Assembly (NCBI GenBank): GCA_012295275.1
Contig: CM022672.1
Location: forward strand, 1,364,001 to 1,428,000
From: Chrysomallon squamiferum
Taxonomy: Eukaryota > Animalia > Mollusca
Direction of reading: 5' to 3'
Length of the DNA: 64,000 nt
Positions 1 through 13,833 of the stretch are shown here, one piece after another. Made by a program: the position numbers and the translations under genes. The notes beneath the pieces are model-generated. The model was given only the letters and a program-made list of their open reading frames with translations. It was not told the DNA's origin and did not search any database. Within the stretch, counting starts at the first letter, position 1; every line of letters starts with the position of its first letter.

Positions 1-68
1 ACACAGGTGTATATGCATAATGTGTTTGTATATGTCTGTGTGTATGTGTGTCTGTGTGTATGTGTGTC

Positions 69-106
<38 letters not shown>

Positions 107-107
107 A

Positions 108-138
<31 letters not shown>

Positions 139-3100
139 TTCAGACAGAACATTATATAATCAAAACTAAAAAATATTTAACTACATAACTATTCATTAAA
201 ATGTATCAGTGATTTCGCTATCGGTATACTTCTAGCACGAAAACCTATTCGGAATTGGTAACCCCGAACAAGTCATCAACAAAATGCAAACCTCTACGTT
301 AAAAAAAAAAAACTTTCCTTTTCATTTATTTTTTACTCCAAGAGGTTCAAACAGCTAATAACCACAGCAAAAACCAGCGATGGTCCAGAAAGTGCAGTAT
401 GTTTATTTTAATTCCACGGTGGTTCAAAGTACTATGTTTTAAATCGCGACGGGGCAAAGTACCAAAGTGCAATCTGACTGATACCTCGGGTCAAGACACT
501 TAACCGTCTTATTTGTTCGGCTATCGATCGATATCTCGATATAATCGTTGTCGAGTGCATTCACACTGTGTGGAACTGCCCGATACTCATCTGTGTTTCA
601 AACCGGTAAAATAGCTTGTGTTTGAGTTCCGTGTTAATGTCTATGTTTCTAACCATTTCAAAACGGTAACGGGGATTTTTTAAAATATTATTATTTACTG
701 TTATGTAGAAAATATGTAGAAAAATGACGTTAATATTTAATAGATATTACGTAAACAGACCACATATATGCATACAGTTATACTGTTATTAATAAATGTT
801 CCTGTACTTAATAGGGTATCTATCCTACATTCATTTCTTCATTTTTTATGAGTTTTTAATTTCTTTTGAACTGTATATTTTATTATTTATTTTGGTTGTT
901 ATTTAATTTAATTTTTTTATTTCTTCTTCTTCTTCTTCTTCATCTTATTATTGTTGTTGTTGTTGTTGATGATGTTTTACTGTTGTTGTCACTGCTGTTC
1001 TGATTGCCTCTATTATTATTTCTTCTTCTTTTTTCTTTTTTTTTTGTCTTGTTATCATCATATTCATCATTTTCGTCGTCGCTATTACTTTTATTATAAT
1101 CATCGTAGCCGTTGTCTTTGATGTTTTTATTTAATCTTTCATTCATTTATGTTTCTAAAAATTATTCTTCGCATCATTCATTTTATCGTTATTGTTGTTG
1201 TTGTTTTTGCTGTTGCTGTCGTTGTTGTAAGTTAGTAATATCAGAACAACGTACACACTGCTCTCAAGAACACATATCACAACGACCCGGACGTTGTTGT
1301 TTGTTTTCTTGTGGTATTTTTTTTTTATCCATTTGTTGTGACTCATATGTGAATCATGCTTATAAAAGACACATAAAGTTTTTTTTAAATTATTTTGACA
1401 TTTTAAGAATTATTTATTCAGAAAATACTAAACATAAACTTTACGATGACATAAATCTTATTAAAACTGATGATTTGAAATACAGTAACAGTATTTTTAA
1501 ATTTCACAGGTGAAAAGCTAAAGAAATCAGATTGGCACGTAAGTGTTTGCATTTTTTTTAAAAACATTTCTGAATGTTAAAACTTGTTTAACAACTTTCA
1601 CGTGGATCAAATTCAGCGATATTTCGAGATTAAAGATGTTCGAAAATTTATCGTAGAATTTATCACAAAATGTTTCTATGATTTTAAACTACATACTTGC
1701 TAGTGCCAGGTTTCCCACAAAAAATAGATTCACGCAAAATGACGAAAGACAAAGAACGGCGTGCTTCGTGGGAAGCGATGATTACCCTCGGTTACTGAGT
1801 AACTTTTATAAGGTTGTCTCGGTGACCGAACGGTAAAATCGTGCGGGAGTACGTTCGAGTCTCGTCAACGGCATCTGACGGGGTTTCTGAAGTCGTGATT
1901 GGACTTTGTCCTCCTTCGCCATACGCCAGTGCGTTCACGAATATTGTCTGTGTGCAGTCTAATCAGACATACATAAGACAGAGAATGTTCAAAATCCTAA
2001 ACAGTAAATGTATATATTCAATTTTTCCTTCTATCTAACCATAAAAAGTATTAATCTTAATAATAATTAATATTATTTCATCACTGTTGTTGTTGTTATG
2101 ATCGTTATTATTATTTTATTGTTATTATTATCATTATTGTTATTATTATTGCTACTGTTGTGATATGTTGTTTATTTTCAGCTACGTTACAGAGTAATCC
2201 ACATACCCCATCTACCTTTCATTTCACCAACACACGAGTGAGAAAAGCGACATTTTTTATCTTCTTACTGTTATCACCATAAATCGTATTAATATATCAG
2301 GATTAAAACAACAACAACAACAGCAACAACAACAGATATAATAGCTACATCAGCCAGGGTGATGTGTCGTCTTTAATAATAATGAAAATGTGACCGTGTC
2401 AGAGTAATTGTCATAGAACAGGAATTTTACTTTTTTTTTTTTCATCTCACGCCAAACTGAGCAAGCAGCTTAATTCGAGGAGACACATAATCAGTGTTTT
2501 TAAAGGCCTGATAGTACCAGATAGAAAACAAGTATCATGACTGTGTTTGAAAGTTCAGCAACTAAAAAATTCAGTCAGGGTTACCGTAATATTCAGCTGT
2601 TTGACGAACAAAATGAAATGCTGCAAAACATTTTTTTTTTTTTTTTTTTTTTTCAAATTATAAGTAGCAAAAAAAAGAATAAAACTCCAAAAAAAAAAAA
2701 ATTAACCATGAGTATAAGTAAAAAGTCTTATTTTACATTAAAATAATAACAGCAGAACTCCGTTTCGTGATTCGCATAATGCCTTTTGTTCGATGACTTG
2801 TGGTTTGACAAAGGTGTAGAGCGCGGTGATAAAAGTAAATTACGAAATTTATTTTTGTTTGGGAAAAATAGGGACGAAAGTTCTTTGACTGTAATGTTAA
2901 TTTAAGCTCTTTTTTTTTTAAATTTGTTTGTTTTTACCCCCCATTATATGGTTACTGTTTTCATTGTTGTCGGCATTTTACGAAAATAAAAACCAAACAA
3001 ACAAACAAACAAAAAAAAATGAACATATACAGTACTTTTATATTTTACCTCTCTACTTTTCGTTTTATGGCTCAATTATTTTCTCGTTTCTTTTCTATTT

Positions 3101-3252
3101 TCCTCCAAATTCGAAGCGCACACGTGTGAATCCTTCACGTCACAGAGACTGAAAAATCATTTAGACGACGTCAGAAAGTCATCATCACAGACCGATGTAG
3201 CTGTGTTGTTGTCGTTGCACACAGACAATATTCGAGAACGCACTGGCGTATT

Positions 3253-3460
3253 ATGTATGTACGTACGTATGTATGTATGTATGTATGTACGTATTTATGT
3301 ACGTATGTATGTATGTACGTACGTATGTATGTATGTATGTATGTATGTACGTACGTACGGATGTATGTATGTATGTATGTATGTATGTTTGTATGTATGT
3401 ATGTATGTATCAAAGAAAGACATGGTTACAAATTTGAAGAACCAGCTAACGGCAGATAGA
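3253..3460. repeat. Dispersed repeat copy 1: (TATG)n + 50-bp unique tail
   Basis: Tail TCAAAGAAAGACATGGTTACAAATTTGAAGAACCAGCTAACGGCAGATAGA matches 8995-9045 with 3 substitutions. Confidence 0.85.
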
Positions 3461-3475
3461 GCAAAGATGTATAAA

Positions 3476-3526
<51 letters not shown>

Positions 3527-6253
3527 GTTATTATTAGTTGATTTATCGGAAATTTGAAAGAATAGCCATACCTGCCCTTGAACATTTATTTATTTATTAG
3601 CTAACGTTATTGTTGTCTTATTTCTGTTTTGTTGAAGACTTAACAACATGCATATCATGATTTGATGCATATACCAACGGGCGCAGGATAAACGCAGGAT
3701 AAAAGGATAAACGATCGAGCGAGAAATACAAAGTGAAAAAGCCAGTCTCAAGGTTAGAAACACGGACTTTACGTCAAGATCCTAAAATACTCCGACATAA
3801 ATAAATAAATAAAATAGTTTATTTTTCTCCGCGAAACGTGAACAAGAATATAACATATTTGAACATTCGACCGTGCCACACTGGATTTTGTTTCAATAAA
3901 TATTTACAATGCATTTCACAGTTCAGTGCAGCATAATGTATTTTTGTACTTGGCTCTGTATGACATCTGTGTTTTTCTTTGCTGCCAAAGTTAACAAAGA
4001 AAACAGAAAAAAAAAAAAAAAACGCATAATTTTTCTGAAAAATAACGAATCGGAGAATGTTTAGAATGATTCGAAACTCATGAGTGATTGGTTTGAATTC
4101 CGACGTATTAACCACATACAAACAGATTCGTAAATGAATTAAAAAGATGTCTGTGTACGTGTGTCTGTGTTTATCTATGGATGGATGTTTATGTTTGTGT
4201 GAGCATGTGTTTTTATATCTGTATGTATGTATCTGTGTCTATACCTGTGTCTATATATGTATATGTGTTAAATATGTATGTATGTTTATGAGTGTGTTTA
4301 TATATATATATATATATTAGTAACTGTATGATTGTTCAAGCAGTATCATCATCACCGTAGCTGGTACTGTCACCACAGATATTGTAATTATTACTAGTTT
4401 TGTTGCTGTTGTTGCTATTGCTGTTGCTAAATGCTATCATCATTGTCATCATCATAATCATTAATATTATTTAACAATATTTCAACTCGTTTTAAGATTA
4501 GCTGTGAGTCAGGGTAAGCTGTACGTTTATTCAGTAATAACGTCACGAGAGAGAAAAGTCAAAGAATCACTTTCGTGAGCGGCTGATACACGTTTTATAT
4601 AAACTGTGTATAACGGTCCTCGGTGTAAACAGCCAAGTGTGTCACTGAGGAGGGTAGATCCTGCGTACCGCAGTACAGCGTTTTAACAACAAAAAACTAA
4701 AAAATATTCTTAGCGTGTCAGATCACTTCACTAAGTTTAAAGCAGGATCAAAGTATTTTACGCATTTTTAAGTGTTTCTTTTCTTTAATCTTTTTTTTTT
4801 TTTTTTTTTTTCCTGAACAGTTGCTTTTTGTTTGTTAATTTTTGAGACAAAAAGTGAATGGATCTTTACAAAGGGGCTGCAAAACGGCAGATTTTGTGCA
4901 GAAAGTCAATTAGCAGATATTGTTTTCTTTACAAGGGAAAAACATAAATTGAACGTCACTTTACGACAGGGCTAAATCTGTCTCATCAAAGAGAGGATTT
5001 TTCTTCTTTCTTTTTGTTAATTCGTTTTCTTTCGTTTTATATCATTTGTACGTTTTTCTTCTTTTGTTTTTATATTTCTTAATGTTGTTGTTGTTTTGCT
5101 ACTTTCTGGTGATCGAGAAATGCCCAGGAGATTAAAGCACAGAAATATCTTACCCGCCACAAATGAATATTTGATTGGACACATCTATCAACAAAACAAC
5201 ACAGAAAGTGGTAATTTGATTTGTATGAGAAAAGCGAAAACAAAGAAAAGATGGTCATTAGCATGTGAATAAAAAGCAGCCATTTGTGTGTTCGTTTGTC
5301 TTACATTTATTATGTTTGTTTTCCTTTTGTTCTTTCCTTGGTTTTTTTAACTCATGTTTAATTATTTATTTTATTTACCGTTTTCATTCAAATCAAATTA
5401 TTATTATTTTTTTTTTTATAAATTGCTCCAAAAATATATATATAAGTGCTAGTTAATTTTTAATTAAGTATGTTTACTTTGTAGTTATTTGTTTTTTTCT
5501 TGTTCATCTTTATTTAAGCTATTTTCTCATTTCGGTTAATATTCCGTGATTCCTTTATTATAGGCTTTAATGTTTGTTTTCCTAAGTTTGTAAAGATGCT
5601 TACAAATGATTTGTGAGCGAGGTTCTTTTTTTCATAATTATGTCATGTACTTTAATGTTTCAAGTTGTATCATTTAGTCCAGCGAACGTCAACAAAGTTT
5701 ATCACGGCACAAAATGGAAGCAGGAAAATATTTAAACAAAACTGTCAATTAACATGTACATTTTGTCTAAAACAGTAATTCGCAGAATGTTCTCGATTAC
5801 TGTGTGTTTGTGTCTATATACTGGTATATGCGTGTGTTTGTGTGTTATATCTTTGGCTTGGAAATAAAAATAATGATATTATTATTAATATCATCATCAT
5901 CATCATTTTTTAACATATAATAGCTTCATCACAGAAATCATTCAGATCTGTAAGTTAATTCATCTGTTTGATACAAACGGGTTCCAGTCAATATCGAGTT
6001 TATGAAAAAGTTGGTAATTATTACAACAAAAAAACCACACTAAATTTGATCAAATGGATACCCGCGGGCTATTTCTATGTTAATAACAATGAACACGTGT
6101 CAAATATCGATAATTGTTTTGTTCTTTGACACTGTTATCGCTAGAACCAGTGTTGCTAATTGGTTTCATATATATATATTTATATATAATTTGTAAATGG
6201 CTCTCCGTATGCAACTTAGTGCAAAATTAATCTTATTTCAGAATATTAATACA

Positions 6254-6528
6254 TTGTAGTCATAAAAAATTCATACGTGAACATGTACGTTTGTAGTCAT
6301 AAAAATTCATACGTGAACATGTACGTTTGTACGTAGGTATGTATGTATGTATGTATGTATGTATGTATGTATGTATGTATGTATGTATGTATGTTTGTAT
6401 GTATGTATGTATGTATGTATGTATGTATGTATGTATGTATGTATGTATGTATGTATGTTTGTATGTATGTATGTATGTATGTATGTATGTATGTATGTAT
6501 GTTTGTATGTATGTATGTATGTATGTAT
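6254..6528. repeat. 37-bp tandem duplication running into a (TATG)n microsatellite
   Basis: TTGTAGTCATAAAAA(A)TTCATACGTGAACATGTACGT occurs twice, then about 190 bp of TATG. Confidence 0.9.
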
Positions 6529-8263
6529 GCATGCGTATTTATGTCTACGTGTACATTTACATTATTCATTAAAAAAAATAAGAGGATTTTACGCTTATTT
6601 TGTTCAAACTTCTTTTTCGTTTCTTTTTTCTTCTGCGTTACACAAGCAAATCTATTGGAACAGCAAATAAATAATTACCACATATGCTTGTAAATTATTT
6701 TCTTTGGAAGTAAACGAAGCATGCGTTGCTTTGGCATGACTGCATCGCACCAATTGCATTAGCTACGATTAATGAGTTTGAGTGAAGCGATAAACTGGCA
6801 AGTTCATTTTAGCTGCAGCACCTCCCCACTTCGTCTGGCAAAACATCACTGAAAGTGGTCTGTAAGAAATAAAATCTTGTTTTCAGTGACATTTTTGACA
6901 TTTCATTCCGTTGTTTAGCTTGTTGTTGTTGTTGTTATTGTTTGTTTTGTTGTTGTAGTTTTTTTGGTTGTTTTTGGTTGATTTTTTTTGTTTTGACGAT
7001 AAACTGGTTAGCGTCTTCAGAAAATTCGATAACACTGTTAACAGAGAAAAGCAGATAGTTAATTAAGAATTATCTTGTGCATTTATTAATAAATATAGAC
7101 TTAAAGATCTCGAGATCTCTCAGAAGAAAAAAAGAGAAAAGAAACTATTCCGTACGGAAAAACATTATTTTATCAACGTCATCACTGTTGTCATTACCAA
7201 CAGCAGCAACATTATAATGAGTTTATAATGACATCAAAAGCATGGATCGCATTTCATTTCATAAGATATCATTAGATTATTTTTTTTCTTGTTACGGTCG
7301 TGGTTATTGTTGTTGTTTATTTTATTTTAATTTAACATTATTATTATTACTATTATTAATATCATCTCATCATAAATATCATTATCGTCATTATCATCAT
7401 TCTTTCATTGTTATTGTTATTATTATTACGGGATTACAGATTACTGTTATCGACGTCATCATCGTTATCATCATTGTTATCACATCATAATAATTATCAT
7501 TATGACGATCATCATTTTTGTTATTGTTGTTTTATTTTGCTTGTTCTTTCTCAGAATTTTTACTTCTTTTATTTCTTTTTTTCTTCAGAAAAACAACTGA
7601 TCTTTTCTTTCACTCTTTTATTTAATTTTTTTCTTTAATCTTTTAATCAATGTTTTTTATTTATTTTGTAGATAATTTAAAGCCAGAATTCACCATGAAT
7701 AGTCAAGATTTATTTTTAAACTGTTTTTTTATTTATTGTCGTTAGCCTTTTTTTTTTTTATATATATATATATTTTTTTTATACTATTTTTATTCTTTTC
7801 CTTCAGGTTCTTTTAACAATGATTATTATTATTTTTTTTTTTTCTTTTCTCTTTTTTTTTTTTTTTTCTTTGGTCTGCAATATAATTAATTAACTTATTA
7901 TCATCATCCATATGATATCATTTTCTTTACATCTTCGTTATAATATAATTTATCATCATCCTCTTGCATTGTTTAACGATAGAAATAGATTAAAGATAAA
8001 CTATACTGTTTTGCATTCTAGAACTATATTAATTTAACATCTGAACCACAGAACACAATTTTTCACATAACCGATGTTGAAGTCTTCAGTCGTTTCTGAT
8101 AAACCGTATTCCTTGAGATTCTCTAGGTTAAATTAAATTAAAGGCACAGAAACCACAACAGTGTGACATCAGGCACCATTGCTGTTATTTTTACTGCTAC
8201 TACTACTACTGCTGCTGCTGCTGCTGATGCTGCTATACTACTATTACTATATTCACTTAAACT

Positions 8264-8295
<32 letters not shown>

Positions 8296-8347
8296 TTTTT
8301 CAATTTTTATTTTTTATTTTATTTTTTTTTTTTTATTATTATTATTA

Positions 8348-8429
<82 letters not shown>

Positions 8430-8431
8430 TG

Positions 8432-8488
8432 TTGAATCGTTTTAATGCTTTCGGCATATTAATAAAGTTTTAATTCTGAACGGAGATC
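8432..8488. repeat. Short dispersed repeat, similar to 24067-24123
   Basis: TTGAATCGTTTTAATGCTTTCGGCATATTAATAAAGTTTTAATTCTGAACGGAGATC vs TTGAACTGTTTAAAGCTTTCGGCAAATTAATGAAGATTTAATTTCTGAGTGGGGATC; both follow (ATT)n tracts. Confidence 0.7.
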
Positions 8489-8842
8489 GGTCATGTTATA
8501 TTATTTTGCTATTGATAGTTTCTGTTTGGTATAAGATATGAACCAAACTAATTGTTTTGTCACCCTACAGTTATCACCTTTTAAAATTAAACTAAATATC
8601 TCTAAAAGTAGAGTGACCATACATCCAGATAGCTTCCAAGATTTCAGAAAAGATATCCTTTTTGTGACATATTTAATAATCGAGATCAATTTCATAACAA
8701 AACAGATAAACAAATTCAAATAGCGATAAACATTACTTTGATTTCCTGCATAACTATCCAGGTTTTCGTATTTGTTGTATAAACGTTTAATATTTCTGAA
8801 ATAAATAAAGACAAAAAAGATTGAGAACGAAAGTACTACATC

Positions 8843-9045
8843 TATGTATGTATGTATGTATGTATGTATGTATGTATGTATGTGTGTGTGTGTACGTATG
8901 TATGTATGTATGTATGTATGTATGTATGTATGTATGTATGTACGTATGTATGTACGTACGTATGTATGCATGTATGCATGTATGTATGTATGTATCAAAG
9001 AAAGACATGGTTATAAATTTGAAGAAGCAGCTGACGGCAGATAGA
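8843..9045. repeat. Dispersed repeat copy 2: (TATG)n + 50-bp unique tail
   Basis: Same organisation and orientation as 3253-3460. Confidence 0.85.
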
Positions 9046-11052
9046 TCATACATTAACTTTTAGACGGTTACGAAGATTAAGAAAAAGAAAAAAGAAGAAG
9101 AAAAATTAAGAGAAATATAATAAGCAAGAAGAAAAAGAATGATGTTGATGATGAGATGATGTCGTCGAGTAGAAGCGACAACATTAAACAAATATTTCAG
9201 ATGTAAATAATGATAAAAAATTTTGTGTGTGTGTATCTTACAGCAAAAACAATTACATTCATTAGTAACTGTTGATTAATTAAGATATTTATCTATCTGT
9301 CTGTCTGTTTTTATGTCTATCTATCTATCTATCTATCTGTCTGTCTGTCTGGTTCAGATTTTATAATAATTTGTATTGTATAATGTCTTAGGCAACAACG
9401 AAATCAATAGTCGTAAATCTACTACTATCGAGTGCAGAGAGTTCAGAAATAAAACAGTTAGTTTCATTTATTTTTTGTTTTATTTAGGACTGCAGAATGA
9501 AATAAATAATTGGTTGCTGTCTTAAACTATCAGCTTTATCGTGCTCAGATCTAACAGCAACTGCAGCTCGGCAGAGCCTCGTTGCACATCGGCATTCTAA
9601 CCTCAAGACAGTATCCAGTTATTCGCTGTACCCAAGTACCACGTGCCATCCAGTGACTGATGTTGTAACTTAATTTTACGACTCAGTCAGTCAGATTAAT
9701 AAATTTTATTAGCAAGATAGCTGCGCTCGGCTCGGCTAAATAACTTTGTCTACACGTAAATACTGCTAACTTTTTTTCGTTATAAATGTGTCAAGGGATT
9801 TGAGAATTGCGCAAAATGATTCCAGTTTTCAGATAAGACAAGAATAATACAGATTCACAAAGACTGAAGCGATAAAGATGAGACTGATACTGAAATTAAT
9901 TTTAGATGCCAGTGTTATTTTTTTTTTTTTATGAAGAAAATAGAAAAGGATATTTGATAATATATTGATAGATACCTACTCATGCACACACATGCTCAAA
10001 ACAAATTTAGAAATATAAATGGTACATTACCTGTGTACATACGGAGATTAATAAATAAAATATATGTATAGTTTTTCACCTACTGTGATGACTGCTGTGT
10101 TTAAGCATAACCATAAATGTGATATTTTCTATACCTATGCGCGCGCGCACACACACACACACACGTTTGTTGTTTATAAATGGCTTCAGTTTTTCTCTCT
10201 TTATGACCAGTACATTAGACTGCGTGAAGGAAACATATCGAAAACGCCTGCAGTAAAGTTCACCGCGTCTCTAAATCTTTTAAACTGAGATTAAGCTGCC
10301 ACCAGCGTAGTTTCTGGGTCACGCTTTTGGCGATTTTTCCATTATACAACTCGCGTTTCGCGTTCCCAAATGACGAACAAGTCAAACAGTTCGACTCATT
10401 GAACAGCTTTTGAAATATACGACCAGTTGTTTAGAATATGGAATTATTAAAGCAAAGGGAGATTACTTTGCTAATTTGGACCCATTTCGCTGAGTGCCCT
10501 GTTACTTGGCGTTAACCACGTTTGCTTCTTGACAGATATGAAATGCTTTACAGGAGCTAATGTGATTAAGTCTGGCGTGAATATTTCTTCTAGCACTCTG
10601 CGTAGCGTTTACACTATTGTATTAATTATTCACTTTGTTGCAGCAGTAAATTACTTGAAAGTGTTTCTGTATGAACAAAAAAAAAAAAAATAATAATAAT
10701 AATAATATGGCGTCTTGCAATATAAGATTGATATTACTGTTGTTTTCGTTTCATTATGATCGTCGCGTTGTTGTTATTGTTTCATTATGATTGTTTAGTT
10801 GTTGTTGTTAGTGTTATGACCGTTGTGTTATTGTAATCACTGTTATTGTTATGGTTCTTGTTGTGTTGCTTTGATTTATTTATTTAATGCTAATGATGAT
10901 GATGATGATGATAATACTAATAATGGTATTAACAGCATTAATAATAGAATGTGTGTATAAAACAATATCAGATGATAGTGTATTACAATATTAGTAATAA
11001 GGAAGATAACGTATAGTTAATTTCGTCTGACACTATCTATGTTAGCAATGAA

Positions 11053-11119
11053 CCGGTACGAGGAAATCGAAACCAGAACATACACGTCTCAAGCCTGGTG
11101 GCCTAACCACTAAATCTGG
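11053..11119 (-). mobile_element. Degenerate tRNA-derived SINE head / tRNA-like relic
   Basis: The minus strand has A-box-like TTTAGTGGTTAGG and B-box-like GGTTTCGATTTCC at tRNA-like spacing; no intact cloverleaf is evident. Confidence 0.5.
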
Positions 11120-11715
11120 CAATTTTATTTGAAATTTATTTTATCAATGATTGATGAGCACCTTTTTGATATTGTCATTACTTTCACCTTTTATTTTTAT
11201 TTTTTTTTAGTGATAAAGATAAAGGTTTATAATTTGAAGAGAGTAAACTGAAATTATTTTTTTTTCTTTAAAATTTTACGATCTGATTATTTTTTCCTCA
11301 GAATTATTTTTTTTCTTCAGATCTGTATAATCATTTTAGAAATGAAAGACGTACTGTCGAGTCCATAATTTTATGTGAAGACTTCTTAATTAGAACTGGG
11401 GCGAGTACTAACATCACCGTGGTAGTTTTATTTATTTATTTATTTTCTGAAAGAGATTGCATCTGTAGATGAAATTACTGTAATGATACTGCATACTATC
11501 AAAGACATATTGCAGTGTGGCATCTGCTAGATTCTATGAATGAAGCGTTATAAGTTACAGCTTCGTTTCTCCTGTTTGTTCTTATAAATGTTTGATCACA
11601 ATTTTCTGAGAAACAAAGAAAATCTGCAAGATGGTCGCAGAATCAAACTTTCTCAAAGCATCCAGTGAGTTAATAGCTCTTCCATTCAGCGACAGATTCA
11701 TAAAACAAAATAGTA

Positions 11716-11767
<52 letters not shown>

Positions 11768-12697
11768 GATTAATAAATAAATAAACAAAAATAACCACTG
11801 TGTTTTGCATTCCGTGTCTATAGAATCGTGAATTTAAATCGTGAACTTGTTATTAGCAGTGTTCACTGGACTGGATATATCGGGTTTTGTCTCTGATGTA
11901 ATAATACGAAACATACTAATGTTCTCATACATAAAACCTCTGCTAAGTTTTCTGTAAACAAAAATAGTCGTTGATTCTGCTATCGTGTGGTTATACTTGG
12001 AAACTATAATTAACTAACTTTCTACTTCACAAGACAACAATGTTTTAAGTCATTTCTTCTAACTCGTCAATAAATGCATATTTCAATCACGGCTTCATTT
12101 CATTTCTCTTTGATATAAAATATTCTTTGATGCAAAGTGCACTGTCCTTGTACTTCGGATCGATTGTACTTTTCCTTTCATCAAAATATCGGCTGATTTA
12201 TACGATCGGCATAACCTTAAACAATAAACTTTCAACTGCAGTCAAAGAAACAAAGTCTTTTATCATGCTTTCTGTCTGTGTGAGCATGTGTCTGTATTTA
12301 CTGCTGTCATAATTTGTTCTTTTCGGATGACAAATAAATAAAACTTACTGTTCCATTGCTTAAACGTTCGTCTAAGAAACAAATTCAGAATTTAGTGCTA
12401 GAACCATGCTAATACTGTTTTTTTCTGAGAAAATCAAAGATAAAAGATTTCCAGTAACATCAGATTCTTTCTGATTTATTGCTGTACTTGGCTTTGTTGT
12501 GTATTTTAACACAATCAACCAGTTACATATTTACGTATTATTATAAGTATTGTAGCCACAGTACTTCAGCCACACAAACTGGGCCAAAAATTTCACAACT
12601 GCAATTATGGACATTTTCAAGCTCGAATTTGTATTTATGTATCTATGTATGTATGTGTGTATGTATGTATATGTGTATATATGTCTACACGGGCTCG

Positions 12698-12740
<43 letters not shown>

Positions 12741-13786
12741 AGCAGAAAGATACACACATATAAACTGACCTGTACTGATAACTCAAGTGAATATTTTATT
12801 TATGTACCGAACACTTGTGGGTTAATGTTTAATACAAATTCAGCTTAATCTTTCCGGCGGTATCTCTTCGTTAACTATTTGGATCGCATGCTGTAATTGT
12901 CTTGTGTTAGATCGAGATTAATAATTCAGTGATGTTTTGTTTGATATCCTTTTTTTCTTTCTTTCTCAATTTAGATAAACTAGACGTGGATTATTGTGTT
13001 AGCTGTTTTCACACAGTTTCCGAAACAAACAATACGCATCTAAAATACGTTAACAAAAATACGTTATCATTGTTAATTATCTTCTAGTATGTGACAGAAA
13101 ATATGTACTTTACTCGCTGTGTAAACCATAAAGGAATGCACTCCAGTATTGTACTAACAACAGTAAATCAGTCGAGGATGCTGCTTCTCGAAGAAAAGGG
13201 CAACGCGAAAATCGTTATTTTTGTCACACGGTGCCAGAACATGAAAATGGATTTACGTTTGCATTAGAAGCTGTAACATATAATTAGTCATTTAAACTCG
13301 TCAGCTGAACGTGACTCTCGCTTCATACCTCGTGTTCCTCGAGTTGTTCTTCCTGACGTCTGTGGGTCAATTAACGATGTACCATTTGTGTCTGACAACC
13401 AGAGCAACATTTTTTTTTTTTTTTTTCATTTTTTTGCCTCTTGCAAATATTATCTAGCGAGGTCACATGGCTGATAGCTGTCAGAATTTCGTACGTGCTT
13501 CCTGCTGGATTTTGTTAGTGGCAAACGTTAATGGTATAACGTCTTGATGAACGCGTGGAGGATGTTTCTATATTGACGATTACAAGGTGTCAGAAATATG
13601 GTTAGTTTCTGCTTGATTCCATAAGACTGAAAAGTTATCTTTTACTCGGTTGCAGAAACAAAAGTTTATGGCCTTGGCATGACTTTGACTCGGTTTTATA
13701 TGTCATCTGCTGACAACAGAATTGATCTAGGCGTATCTAACAAAAACTGACAAAATTTAAGTCTTCGGTATATAGCACACATGTGT

Positions 13787-13833
<47 letters not shown>

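Noticed and set aside
3415-3426. GAAAGACATGG resembles the 5' part of miR-71
   Set aside because: The match is short, diverges afterwards, lies in a dispersed repeat and shows no precursor hairpin.
11053-11119. Functional tRNA gene
   Set aside because: The A/B boxes are degenerate and no complete cloverleaf could be formed; kept only as a SINE-like relic.
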